Source: Microcoleus sp. (GTDB taxonomy: Bacteria > Cyanobacteriota > Cyanobacteriia > Cyanobacteriales > Microcoleaceae). From it: a stretch of DNA of 64,000 bases. Where the stretch lies: the NCBI GenBank assembly GCA_052279835.1, contig CP181291.1, positions 3,904,001 to 3,968,000 of the forward strand. Direction: 5' to 3'. A program made the position numbers and the translations under genes. Positions 51,746 to 62,293 of this stretch are shown here, in pieces. Every line of letters starts with the position of its first letter. The stretch's first letter is position 1. The notes beneath the pieces are model-generated. The model searched no databases. It saw only the letters and a program-made list of their open reading frames with translations, and was not told the DNA's origin.

Positions 51746-53348
51746 ATGGTGCTCAAAAGTGATTTGGGAATCAATATTGTCAACGGTTTCACTGGATCAG
51801 TGCTGATGGCGATTCTAGTTTCTGCTCCTAGTTGGGCTCAGTTACCTCCGCCCCCTCCTCCCCTAGCCGTACCCGCACCCGCGCCCGTACCCGTACCGGT
51901 ACCCTCCGCGCCGGGATTGCCGCTGGTTTCCGGGAACTACGCCAGTCAATGCAGCACCGACATCTTCGAGTGTACGATCGGAAGTTTACACTTTAGGAGC
52001 TGGCGATCGCATTCAACTGGATATTTTTAACGTCCCGGAATATAGCGGCCCCAACGGTCAACATCAGGTACAGGCTGACGGTTCCCTAAGTTTGCCCTTA
52101 ATTGGTAGCGTTTCAGTGTACGGGATGACTTTAGAACAAGCAGCCAATAGTGTCAAAGGGCGATATGGTCAATACTTAAAGCGTCCTTGGATTACACTGA
52201 AATTGTTGGCCCCGCGTCCTTTACAAATTGCGATCGCAGGGGAAATCAACCGCCCAGGAGCCTATACAATATCCTCAACGGCGGGCCCCGGAGGCACAGC
52301 AGAACAAATGGGAACTCAAATGCCCACGATATCGCGGGCTTTGCGACTGGCTGGTGGTATTACACAGTCAGCAGACGTGCGACAAATCAAAATCCGCCGC
52401 CCCCAACGCAATGCAGCGGAACAAATTATTAGTGTTGATTTATGGGAATTGTTGCAAAACGGTGATTTGCGCGCCGATATGACTTTGCGCGACGGCGATA
52501 CTATATTTATTCCCACTGTCACTAGCCTCAATCGCCAAGAAGCACCTACTTTAGCAGTTGCCAATATTACCGGACAAAGCACTCAGCCCATTAATATTGC
52601 TGTGGTGGGAGAAGTCGCTCGTCCCGGTACTTATACTCTGGCAAAGGATTCTCAAAGTAGGTTACAAGAGAATGACATGGGTGCAAATTCGGGTTTGTTT
52701 GGTGCCACTGAGACGGCGGCTAGCGAAACCGTTGTGCAGCAAACTGTCACTAGGGCGATTAAAATAGCTGGCGGCATTACCCCCGTAGCTGATATTCGGC
52801 AAATACAAGTTCGTCGTCAGACGCGGGCTGGTACTGAACAAATTATTAATGTCGATTTGTGGCAACTTTTGCAAACAGGAGATGTATCTCAAGATTTAGT
52901 GCTGCAACAGGGAGATACGGTGATTATTCCCAAAGCCGAAAATATTGACGAAACTCAGGGTGCCCAGGTAGCTAATTCTAGTTTTTCACCGGATACAATT
53001 AAGGTGACAGTGGTGGGAGAAGTCATCAAACCAGGGGCGATTTCCCTGCGGCCAAATACTTCTTTAAATCAAGCGCTGGTAGCAGCGGGAGGTTTTAATA
53101 AAGCGCGGGCAGAAATGGATTCGGTGGATTTAATCCGCATCAATGCTAATGGTACTGTTTCCCGCATCGCGATTAAGGTGAATTTTTCCGCCACTGCTAA
53201 TGATGAAGCCAATCCTAAACTGCAAAATAATGATGTAATCATGGTCAGGCGATCGGGTCGCGCTGCATTCTCGGATAATGTAGGTGGTACCCTCGCTCCT
53301 CTTAATCCTTTATTGGGAATATTCAGATTGTTCAATATTTTTCGATAG
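51746..53348 (+). pseudogene. Polysaccharide export (Wza/SLBB) protein split by a +1 frameshift
   Basis: Signal peptide and Pro-rich part in one frame; YTLGAGDRIQLDIFNVPEYSG...DGSLSLPLIG in the next; shift probably near 51927-51929. Confidence 0.8.
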
Positions 53349-53386
53349 CTCGTACAGACGTTGAAACTAATAAGCTGCATAAACAA

Positions 53387-55717
53387 ATGAAACCAGGGAA
53401 AAATTCTCAGATATCACTGATTAAAAAAAACCAAAAAGCCACAGGGCAGCGACAAATATCTTCGGTGCTTTACAATGGAGAAAATGATTTTTTAGAACTG
53501 GAACAAACAGAGTCAGAACCTTTGAATTTTTGGGAAGTCTGCCGCAGTCGCTCGTTTTTAGTCCTAGGCGTGGCTGCGGCAGTAACTACGGGAGTTTTTG
53601 CTTGGACTTTGAATCAAAAAAGTGAGTACGAAGGACGATTTCAATTATTAGTAGAACCCACTGTTACCCAAAACACTTTAGCAAAAATCTACTCTGGTGA
53701 ATTGAAACTGAAACCAGCGGCTCCCGAAACACCAGAAAATGCTGGTTTTGACTACGAATCCCAAATTCAGGTTTTGCAAAGTCCGCAAGTAATGTCGCCA
53801 ATTATCAAACAGTTGCGGGCGAAGTATCCTGAAATTAATTACAACTACCTTTTTAACGAAAAAACAGAGAATTTGCCATTCGATCGGCAAACGAGGTTGT
53901 CAATTAATCGGTTTAAAAATACCAAGATTATCGAAGTTAAATATCGGGATTTCGATCCGAAAAAAATTCAGTTTGTTTTAGAAAAAGTTGCGTTAGGCTA
54001 CCGCAACTATAGCGTGCAAGATACCAGAACTCAAATTAGTCAGAGTCTGGACTTTGTGAAGTCGCAAATTCCCAATCAGCAAAAGCGCCAACAAGCGATT
54101 CAAACAGAAATTCAAAAATTGCGTCAGCAGTACAATTTCATCGATCCGCAAATTCAAACCCAACAACTAGCACAGCAAATTAGTCAACTTCAAGCGCAGA
54201 GATTGGATGCTCAAACCCAACTAAATCAGCAAAAATTGCTCTATGCTAATTTGCAAAATCAGCTAGGACTGAATCAGCAACAAGCCCTGATGGCTTCTTC
54301 TCTGAGTCAAGCACCTCGCTATCAAGCTATGCTGACTCAATTGCAGCAATTAGAAGGACAAATTGCGATTAATTCCGCGACTTATACTGACCAAACTCCC
54401 CAAATGCAGTTGTTGCGAGAACAGCAAAAAAATCTGATTCCTTTGTTGAAAAAAGAGGCTACACAGGTTTTGGGAACTGATTTAGGTAAGGTAAATTCTC
54501 AAGTGCTGGCTTTTCAAGATCCGGTGCGGATTAAGTTGATCGAGCAGTTTATTGGTACTGCTAATACTATTCAGGTTTTGGGAGTGCGAAATCAAGTTTT
54601 GGAACAAGCTGCTAAGCAGTTGAATCAATATTCTCAAGGATTTCCGGTGATTTTGCGGCGCTATTCGGATTTGCAGCGGGAGGCGGATTTAACCAATAGT
54701 ACCCTGAAAAATTTGTTGGCAAAACAACAAGCTTTGCAGCTTGAAGCTGTGGGTAAAAAAGAGGTGGCTTGGGAGGTGATTGCTAAGCCGGAAATTCCGC
54801 GCTACCGCAATGGGGAGTTGATGGCTGTTGCTCCAATTATGCCTTTAAATTTGGCTTTGGGGGGATTAGCTGGTTTAGTTTTCGGTATGCTGGCGGCGCA
54901 GTTGGCCCAACGGTTTAATAATGATAAGGTGTTCCACAGTCCAGAGGATGTCAAACATTCGATTCGGCTACCTTTGTTGGGGGTAATTCCTGCTAGCGAT
55001 AAAATTTTGAGGCTTCCTCCTGCGGAGACAGTTACTGTGGATGTGGGCATTTCGCAAATGCCGACGGATGCCTTTCAAGAGGCTTTTCGATCGCTCAATG
55101 CTAATATTCGCTTGCTAAAGGTTGATAGTCCGATCGCCTCTTGTGTAATTACTTCTTGTCAAGTAGCAGATGGCAAGTCTACTGTAGCTGTAAATCTAGC
55201 ACGGGCGGCGGCGGCCATGGGCCAGCAGGTGTTGTTGGTGGATGCGGATTTGCGACGCCCGCAGGTGCACGAAATGCTGGGTTTGCCGAATTGGCAAGGG
55301 TTACACAATGCGATCGCCGATGATGTAGATGTGGAAAAGTTGATTTTGCGATCGCCCCACGATGAAAACCTGTTTGTGTTAACATCAGGCCCTGTTCCTC
55401 CCGATCCCACCAAGGTGCTTTCTTCTCGAAAAATGCAGCATTTAATGGCAGCTTTGTCAAATAATTTTGACTTAGTGATTTACGATACTGCGCCACTTTT
55501 GGGTTTAGCCGATGCCAATTTATTGGCCGCTCACACTAATGGATTGATGCTGGTGGTGGGGCTGAATCAAACTGAGCGAGAGGCGCTACTGTTGGCTTTG
55601 GAAGATTTGAGAATGGCCGATATTCCGCTGTTGGGAATGGTGGCAAATAACGATAAAGGCAGCAGGTATTACTATCAGTCTTACGTCCAGAATTACATCG
55701 AGGAAAAATCGGTGTAA
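53387..55717 (+). CDS. Wzc/GumC-type polysaccharide chain-length regulator / tyrosine autokinase
   Basis: Two TM segments around a coiled coil; EAFRSL, DGKST, VDADLRRP, DTAP and a Tyr-rich tail. Confidence 0.93.
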   Translation: MKPGKNSQISLIKKNQKATGQRQISSVLYNGENDFLELEQTESEPLNFWEVCRSRSFLVLGVAAAVTTGVFAWTLNQKSEYEGRFQLLVEPTVTQNTLAKIYSGELKLKPAAPETPENAGFDYESQIQVLQSPQVMSPIIKQLRAKYPEINYNYLFNEKTENLPFDRQTRLSINRFKNTKIIEVKYRDFDPKKIQFVLEKVALGYRNYSVQDTRTQISQSLDFVKSQIPNQQKRQQAIQTEIQKLRQQYNFIDPQIQTQQLAQQISQLQAQRLDAQTQLNQQKLLYANLQNQLGLNQQQALMASSLSQAPRYQAMLTQLQQLEGQIAINSATYTDQTPQMQLLREQQKNLIPLLKKEATQVLGTDLGKVNSQVLAFQDPVRIKLIEQFIGTANTIQVLGVRNQVLEQAAKQLNQYSQGFPVILRRYSDLQREADLTNSTLKNLLAKQQALQLEAVGKKEVAWEVIAKPEIPRYRNGELMAVAPIMPLNLALGGLAGLVFGMLAAQLAQRFNNDKVFHSPEDVKHSIRLPLLGVIPASDKILRLPPAETVTVDVGISQMPTDAFQEAFRSLNANIRLLKVDSPIASCVITSCQVADGKSTVAVNLARAAAAMGQQVLLVDADLRRPQVHEMLGLPNWQGLHNAIADDVDVEKLILRSPHDENLFVLTSGPVPPDPTKVLSSRKMQHLMAALSNNFDLVIYDTAPLLGLADANLLAAHTNGLMLVVGLNQTEREALLLALEDLRMADIPLLGMVANNDKGSRYYYQSYVQNYIEEKSV

Positions 55718-56184
55718 GTACCCAGCATTGGGGTAAAAATAAAATCGGAAATCCCCCAATTTATATCTACCCCAATCCCTGTAGGGGCGAAGCATTCGGG
55801 CTAATAGCCGATGGGAAACACCCAAATTTATAGGCCAGAATGCTTAGCCCTGCCCCACTCTCTCTTTTCTGCCTTCGCGTCCCTACCCTACGGGAACGGC
55901 TTCGCCGAACGCGCCTTCGCGGTTAAATCATTCCGACACAACCGGAAACGATCGCATTTCCGGCTCAACATTAAACTTGAAAAGCAAATGATCTTAAGAT
56001 TTGCGATCGAGATTTTGCACTATAATTAAAAGTTGAGAGTTTTAAACAAATTGCAAAACCTGCAAATTAACAAAACCTGAAAACGTGGCCGGTAAATTTC
56101 CATTTTGTAATACATTGATACAACTCCCCGCCTAGCTGGAAAACTAGAAGGGAGTTTTGTGTTTTTCACACAGGAGATAAAACA

Positions 56185-57552
56185 ATGGCTATTGCTACTA
56201 TCAACCCGACAACGGGAGAAACTGTAAAAACTTTTGAGCCCCTCACAGATGCGGCAATCGAAACCAAGCTATCATTAGCACAAACAGCTTTTAAACAATA
56301 TCAGCGACTGCCCTTCGAGCAGCGCTCTATCTGGATGCAAAAAGCTGCGGATATCCTGGAGCGCGATCGCGAAATTTACGCTAAAATGATGACCCTAGAA
56401 ATGGGGAAAACTCTCAAATCTGCGATCGCCGAAGTCGAAAAATGCGCCCTAGTTTGTCGCTACTACGCCAAAAACGCTGCTCAATTTATGGCCGATGTAC
56501 CAGCGAGCACTGACGCTAGCAGCAGCTTTGTCCGCTACCAACCCTTGGGGGTTATTTTAGCCGTCATGCCCTGGAATTTCCCATTTTGGCAAGTTTTTAG
56601 GTTTGCAGCGCCGGCACTGATGGCGGGCAACGTAGGCTTGCTCAAACACGCTTCCAACGTGCCACAATGCGCTTTGAAAATAGAGGAAATTTTCACCGAA
56701 GCAGGCTTTCCCGAAGGCGTTTTTCAAACATTGTTAGTGGGATCAGACAAAGTAGGTAAGATAGTTGCGGACGATCGCGTTAAAGCAGCCACTCTCACCG
56801 GTAGCGAACCCGCGGGTGAAAGTTTAGCAGCCCAGGCTGGCAAAAATTTGAAAAAAGTAGTGCTGGAATTGGGAGGAAGCGACCCCTTTATCGTCATGTC
56901 TAGCGCCGATTTACCAGCAGCTTTATCCACTGCTGTCACAGCGCGCATCATCAATAACGGTCAATCTTGCGTCGCTGCTAAACGGTTTATTTTAGCAGAA
57001 GAGATTGCCGAGGAATTCATCGCAGGATTTGTGGAAAAATTCGAGCAACTAAAAGTAGGCGATCCGATGTTACCAGAAACTGATATCGGCCCTTTAGCGA
57101 CTCCCGCAATCCTCAAAGAATTGGACAATCAAGTGCAAGCTTGCATCGCATCGGGAGCTAAACTGCTAACAGGCGGCCGTGCTTTGTCAGAGAAAGCCGG
57201 CAATTTCTACTTGCCAACTATTTTGACAGATATTCCCCTGGATGCCACCGCCCGTCAACAAGAATTTTTCGGGCCAGTAGCTTTAGTATTCCGAGTAGCT
57301 AACATCGATGAGGCGATCGAATTAGCCAACAGTACGTCCTTTGGTTTAGCCGCGACAGCTTGGACTACAGTAAGCTCAGAGTGCGATCGGTTTATTTCCG
57401 AACTAGAAGCTGGGGCAGTATTCATCAACGGTTTAGTCAAATCCGACCCCAGATTACCCTTCGGCGGCATCAAACGCTCCGGTTACGGACGCGAATTGAG
57501 CATCCAAGGAATTCATGAATTTGTTAACATTAAAACAGTGTGGGTAAAATAA
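56185..57552 (+). CDS. gabD: NAD(P)-dependent succinate-semialdehyde dehydrogenase
   Basis: MPWNFP, LELGGSD, GQSC, EFFGP and PFGGIKRSGYGRE motifs. Confidence 0.9.
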   Translation: MAIATINPTTGETVKTFEPLTDAAIETKLSLAQTAFKQYQRLPFEQRSIWMQKAADILERDREIYAKMMTLEMGKTLKSAIAEVEKCALVCRYYAKNAAQFMADVPASTDASSSFVRYQPLGVILAVMPWNFPFWQVFRFAAPALMAGNVGLLKHASNVPQCALKIEEIFTEAGFPEGVFQTLLVGSDKVGKIVADDRVKAATLTGSEPAGESLAAQAGKNLKKVVLELGGSDPFIVMSSADLPAALSTAVTARIINNGQSCVAAKRFILAEEIAEEFIAGFVEKFEQLKVGDPMLPETDIGPLATPAILKELDNQVQACIASGAKLLTGGRALSEKAGNFYLPTILTDIPLDATARQQEFFGPVALVFRVANIDEAIELANSTSFGLAATAWTTVSSECDRFISELEAGAVFINGLVKSDPRLPFGGIKRSGYGRELSIQGIHEFVNIKTVWVK

Positions 57553-57726
57553 GCGCGCACTCAATCAACTTCTGGCAAAAATCTAAATTAATCTGTGTTG
57601 ATTGTGCCACGGGCATCCTGCCTGTGATATAAATTCCGCAAGACAGATGGATTTTGCCTAACTCTTAATTAGGATTTTTGCCAAAAGTTGACCACGAGAA
57701 CATATCCCCACTTACAGAGGACTAAA

Positions 57727-59371
57727 ATGGAAATGAACACAGCTCAATTACTGGTACAATGTCTAGAGAATGAAGGAGTCGAATATGTTTTTGGACTCCC
57801 AGGCGAAGAAAATTTAGAAGTTCTAGAAGCCCTAAGAAACTCCTCAATTAAATTTATTACTACTCGTCACGAACAAGGCGCTGCTTTCATGGCCGACGTT
57901 TACGGCCGCCTGACAGGCAAAGCCGGCGTTTGTTTATCCACCTTGGGACCCCGGCGCAACTAACTTAATGACCGGTGTGGCTGATGCTAACTTAGACGGC
58001 GCTCCTCTCATTGCCATTACCGGACAAGTCGGCACTGATAGAATGCACATAGAATCGCACCAATATTTAGATTTGGTGGCTATGTTTGCCCCAGTTACTA
58101 AGTGGGGAGCTCAAATTGTCCGCCCCGGTACAACCCCAGAAATTGTCCGCAAAGCTTTTAAAGTAGCTCAGAGTGAAAAGCCAGGAGCAGTTCACATTGA
58201 TTTGCCAGAAAACATCGCAGCCATGCCTGTGGAAGGAAAACCTCTCACCAAAGACAACCGGGAAAAAACTTTTGGTGCTTACCAAAGTTTGAATAAAGCT
58301 GCTGTGGCGATTTCCAAGGCAAAAAGTCCTCTGTTGTTAATCGGAAATGGCGCAATTCGAGCCAATGCTAGTGAAGCTGTTACCGAATTTGCCACTCGAT
58401 TGAATATTCCAGCAGCGAATACTTTCATGGGCAAAGGGGTAATTCCTTACACTCATCCTTTGGCACTTTGGACAACGGGTTTGCAAAAACGGGATTACAT
58501 TAGTTGTGCTTTTGAAGAAACCGATTTAGTGATTGCAGTTGGCTATGATTTAATTGAATACTCCCCGAAAAAGTGGAATCCTGAAGGCACTATTCCGATT
58601 ATTCACATTGGAGCTTTGCCATCAGAAATCGATAGCAGTTATATTCCCCTTGTAGAAGTTGTGGGAGATATTTCCGATTCGCTGAATGAAATTTTACAGC
58701 GTGCAGATAGAAACGGAAAAGCCGATCCTTTTGCTAAGCAATTGCGGGCAGATATTCGGGCGGGCTATGAACAATATGCAGCGGATGATGGTTTCCCGAT
58801 TAAACCCCAAAAATTGATTTACGATTTGCGGCAGGTGATGGGACCTGATGATATTGTAATATCTGATGTGGGTGCTCATAAAATGTGGATCGCGCGGAAT
58901 TATCATTGCGATCGCCCAAATACCTGTTTAATTTCCAACGGCTTTGCGGCGATGGGAATTGCGATTCCGGGCGCGTTGGCCGCCAAACTGGTTTATCCCG
59001 ATCGCAAGGTGGTAGCAGCCACGGGAGACGGCGGTTTTATGATGAATTGTCAGGAGTTAGAAACTGCTTTGCGTGTCGGTACTAATTTTGTGACGCTCAT
59101 CTTTAATGATGGCGGTTATGGTTTGATTGAATGGAAGCAGGAAGATCATTTTGGTCATTCCGATTTCATCAAATTTGGCAATCCAGATTTTGTGAAATTT
59201 GCCGAAAGTATGGGTTTGAAAGGCTATCGAGTGGAAGCTGCAACGGATTTAATTCCTATCCTGAAAGAAGCCCTTGCTCAAGATGTGCCTTGTGTGATAG
59301 ACTGTCCGGTTGATTACCGGGAAAACGCGCGTTTCAGTCAACAATCTGGCGATATGAGTTGCCATTTGTAA
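57727..59371 (+). pseudogene. ThDP-dependent acetolactate-synthase-like enzyme, probably 2-oxoglutarate decarboxylase; +1 frameshift
   Basis: FGLPGEEN, RHEQGA and GDGGF motifs; an extra C at 57949-57952 breaks LGPGATN; adjacent to the SSADH gene. Confidence 0.85.
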
Positions 59372-59458
59372 GAGTAGTCTAAATCAGGATACGGCAGCGA
59401 TCATTAGTGTCAACTTAAGACTGAAAGCCTTGGTATCTCTCGTTCATAGCCAAGTCTA

Positions 59459-59540
59459 GATCCCCCTAAATCCCCCTTAAGAAGGGGGACGAAAGAGAAG
59501 ACTCCTGTCCCCCCCTTCTTAAGGGGGGCTAGGGGGGATC
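59459..59540. repeat. Long palindromic REP-like element
   Basis: GATCCCCCTAAATCCCCCTTAAGAAGGGGGAC...GTCCCCCCTTCTTAAGGGGGGCTAGGGGGGATC. Confidence 0.85.
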
Positions 59541-59640
59541 TGGCCTTAATAGTCAAACAGCAGTCTGTGACAGGGAAGGCTTAAAAAAGTGGCGACACGC
59601 TAGCACTCCCCTTAAAAGCCCGATCGCCTGTGTTAAAATT

Positions 59641-59985
59641 ATGGAAGCTCAACCACGAGAAGTACAGAACTACCTAAAAGCCGATGGGACAAGTCCCTTT
59701 GAAGGATGGCTTGATTCCTTTCAAGATACGAAAACTGTATCTAAAATCAAGAAACGACTCAGGCGAGTTGAGCTAGGCAATCTGGGAGATTATCGCTCAG
59801 TAGGAGCTGGAGTTTATGAACTTAAGATTGATTATGGCCCTGGCTATCGCATCTATTTTGGACAAATCGGGTTAACAGTTGTGTTGCTGCTATGTGGCGG
59901 TGATAAAAGCACTCAAGAACAAGATATTAGCCAAGCTAAAAAATATTGGAGAGATTATGAAAGAACTCAAAGTGCCAACAAGTAG
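59641..59985 (+). CDS. RelE/ParE-family addiction-module killer toxin
   Basis: SPFEGWL, GNLGD, ELKIDYGPGYRIYF and LLCGGDKSTQ motifs. Confidence 0.93.
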   Translation: MEAQPREVQNYLKADGTSPFEGWLDSFQDTKTVSKIKKRLRRVELGNLGDYRSVGAGVYELKIDYGPGYRIYFGQIGLTVVLLLCGGDKSTQEQDISQAKKYWRDYERTQSANK

Positions 59986-60274
59986 AAGCTACCATGAATA
60001 CTTGATTTCTTCTCTGAAAAATCCAGAAAGTGCTGCTAGCTATATCGAGGTTATGTTGGAATTAGAGTCTGAAACACCAGAACCAGAATTGCTGCGAGCA
60101 GGACTTAAAGATGTTGTGGATGCTTATTGGCAGATGAATAAGTTATCGACGGAAGCTAAATTTATATATGAGAAACTCGATCGGATGTTGTCTGAGAGTG
60201 GGGGCGAGGAAATTTATGCTTTGATAGTTTTACTAGATAAACTGGGGTTCCAGTTAGCTGTCGCAGTAAAGTAG
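59957..60274 (+). CDS. Addiction-module antidote (antitoxin)
   Basis: PTSRSYHEYLISSLKNPE.AA.Y; overlaps the toxin 3' end. Confidence 0.85.
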   Translation: MKELKVPTSRSYHEYLISSLKNPESAASYIEVMLELESETPEPELLRAGLKDVVDAYWQMNKLSTEAKFIYEKLDRMLSESGGEEIYALIVLLDKLGFQLAVAVK

Positions 60275-60283
60275 GTTAATTAA

Positions 60284-60589
60284 TCAAGTAGTTAGGGCGA
60301 TAAATAATATAAGTGAGGGGCGATATTCCTTGGGTGAACCATACAAGTAGCTATCGAGATTTTTTGATAAGTCTATGGGTAGCTGTGCATTCTCTTCTGC
60401 TGGCGTTTCAGAATTAATTAGATCTATGAAATTCAAGAAAGATGGAAGATCGGAATTTTCTGAATTAGGGTTTTGAAAATCATTTTGATTTGTTCTGGAT
60501 TTAATGAATAGCAAGAAATTCAAAAGTTCGGTGACTAAAGTATCAGGTGTTTGGGCAATCTCACGAATCAATAGTTCTCTTTCGGACAT
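60284..60589 (-). CDS. Orphan antitoxin-like protein (DUF2281-like)
   Basis: PD.LV.ELLNFLLFIK and LP.DLS.NLD.YLYG motifs; GGAGG RBS. Confidence 0.6.
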   Translation of the reverse strand: MSERELLIREIAQTPDTLVTELLNFLLFIKSRTNQNDFQNPNSENSDLPSFLNFIDLINSETPAEENAQLPIDLSKNLDSYLYGSPKEYRPSLILFIALTT

Positions 60590-60764
60590 TGTTTTATCCT
60601 CCTTCAGAGGTTGCTTGGTTTTTATTTCCTAGTTTATCTCAGATGGAAAAATTTTACAAGCACAGGGGAAAGGGCGATCGCGCTTTTGCTCTCATGTCTC
60701 ACTCTATTAACTTATCGTCAGCAATAACTATGATATAATAAAAAATACGATATTTGTAAAAGCT

Positions 60765-61163
60765 ATGTTTCAAGCAACATTAACTGATGTTTCCTTAGAT
60801 CCAATATTAGAGCGCTTGACGCAACTTGCTCAACTAGAACCTGACTGGGATTCTTATGGTGCATTAGCAGTTTCGCCCGTTGCTTTTGTAAAAGCCTGTC
60901 AGTTGCTAATTCATGTTAAATATTCTCTTTCATCTTTAGTTGGCGATCTAATTTTACCCTATGATGCAGCACCAATTGCTAATGGTAGCCTACAACTGGA
61001 ATGGCGGAGTCCACAGGGCAATCTAGAAGTGGAAATTAAACCTGATATGAGTTTCAGCTATCTACTAATTAAGGGAGAAGGAAGCGAGAGAAAATTTGAG
61101 GAAAAAAACGAGGTATCATTATCTGAAGTCCTGAATGTGTTGTCTGAGCTATTGATTCCATAA
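60765..61163 (+). CDS. Hypothetical protein (WDSYGA...P..NGSLQLEW), candidate antitoxin
   Basis: Intact 132-aa ORF with an extended -10 (TGATATAAT) at 60731-60739. Confidence 0.8.
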   Translation: MFQATLTDVSLDPILERLTQLAQLEPDWDSYGALAVSPVAFVKACQLLIHVKYSLSSLVGDLILPYDAAPIANGSLQLEWRSPQGNLEVEIKPDMSFSYLLIKGEGSERKFEEKNEVSLSEVLNVLSELLIP

Positions 61164-61177
61164 GTCAGGATGAGATA

Positions 61178-61534
61178 ATGCTAGAAGAAATTGCAGACAA
61201 TGATATTCTTTATCGTCGAATTCCTAATGTACATCTCTATGAGGATGGTACTGTAAAATCCGTTGCTTTTCAGGTTAGAGGAAAACCTGATAACAGTATC
61301 TCAGTTGAGTTAGCTCGGTTAACAACTCCGCAGGAAATTTTAGCTCGTGCGAGAAATCCTGACACTACAAAAGTGGGTGTGTTGGTAGCAGGATATGCCC
61401 GTTCTTTAGGTTTCATTATCCGCCACGATCCCTTGCAGGATAATCCAGCTCATTGTCTGATTGAGGGGGAAAACAATAAAGTCAAGTGTAAACTCTTGGC
61501 TGAGGCTACAACTATTTTGACTTTACCTGGGTAA
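61178..61534 (+). CDS. Hypothetical protein with ADP-ribosyltransferase/Tse2-like motif order, candidate toxin
   Basis: LYRR...AF...SISV...DP..DNPAHCLI; starts 14 nt after the upstream gene with an AGGA RBS. Confidence 0.65.
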   Translation: MLEEIADNDILYRRIPNVHLYEDGTVKSVAFQVRGKPDNSISVELARLTTPQEILARARNPDTTKVGVLVAGYARSLGFIIRHDPLQDNPAHCLIEGENNKVKCKLLAEATTILTLPG

Positions 61535-61631
61535 AGGCGATCGCGCTTTTTGACAAGTTGGGATGTAAGGGCGATCGCTCTTTTTGACAAGTTGGAATTT
61601 AAGGGCGATCGCTCTTTTTCAGAAAGTGGGA
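61531..61631 (+). repeat. 3 x 34-bp tandem repeat with HIP1 core
   Basis: TAA(A/G)GGCGATCGC(G/T)CTTTTTGACAAGTTGG repeated, third copy degenerate. Confidence 0.9.
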
Positions 61632-61668
61632 GAGGAGTTTTTAAGATTCTGTTTCCCACTTCTCTTAG

Positions 61669-62094
61669 TTAGTAATCTACATCGTAGTTCATCAAGAAAT
61701 CAACCCGATTCCCCCCACCCCGATATCTCTTTGGGTCTAGTACCTTAAACGTAAAATTGCAAACCCCTGACGGAAAGTCAATGTAGTTTTGACCTGTAGA
61801 ACTGGTTGAAATATTTTTTGACCCACTACTAATCTCTTTCCCATCGCCACATCGTCGCGCTGTCCATGTAATAAGAGCAGAAGAGTCTGGACTTGTTAGA
61901 TTTACATAAAATCCACCTATTCCTGAAGCGCCAGGAGGTACTTGATAAGTACGATATTCGCAAGAACTTTGATTAAACGGACAGTTACCAGGGCGTTCAG
62001 GCTCAGGCCATCGCTCTCCCGCTCGTGCGATTGAAGCGAAAGAAAAACTCGACATGACAGTAACAAACAACAAACCCATTTTTAAGCCGTGCAT
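61669..62094 (-). CDS. Secreted hypothetical protein with 4 Cys
   Basis: Signal peptide ending ARA; AAGG RBS. Confidence 0.75.
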   Translation of the reverse strand: MHGLKMGLLFVTVMSSFSFASIARAGERWPEPERPGNCPFNQSSCEYRTYQVPPGASGIGGFYVNLTSPDSSALITWTARRCGDGKEISSGSKNISTSSTGQNYIDFPSGVCNFTFKVLDPKRYRGGGNRVDFLMNYDVDY

Positions 62095-62293
62095 CAGCTT
62101 TATTACCTTTTGGTGTATACTAATTATCGATTTTTCCCTACATACTAAATCTTGTCAAGCCAGATAAAGCCATGTTTAGTAGTTTTTTTTAATTGCAACT
62201 AAGTCATAAAAAGTCATATTTAGGTGGTCAAGTTTGAAAAAGTTATGTCTAGTTGGGTTACAATTAGCTCAAACACTACCATCTGACTCACCA

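Noticed and set aside
56106..56120. NtcA site upstream of the SSADH gene
   Set aside because: GTA-N9-TAC, whereas NtcA needs GTA-N8-TAC
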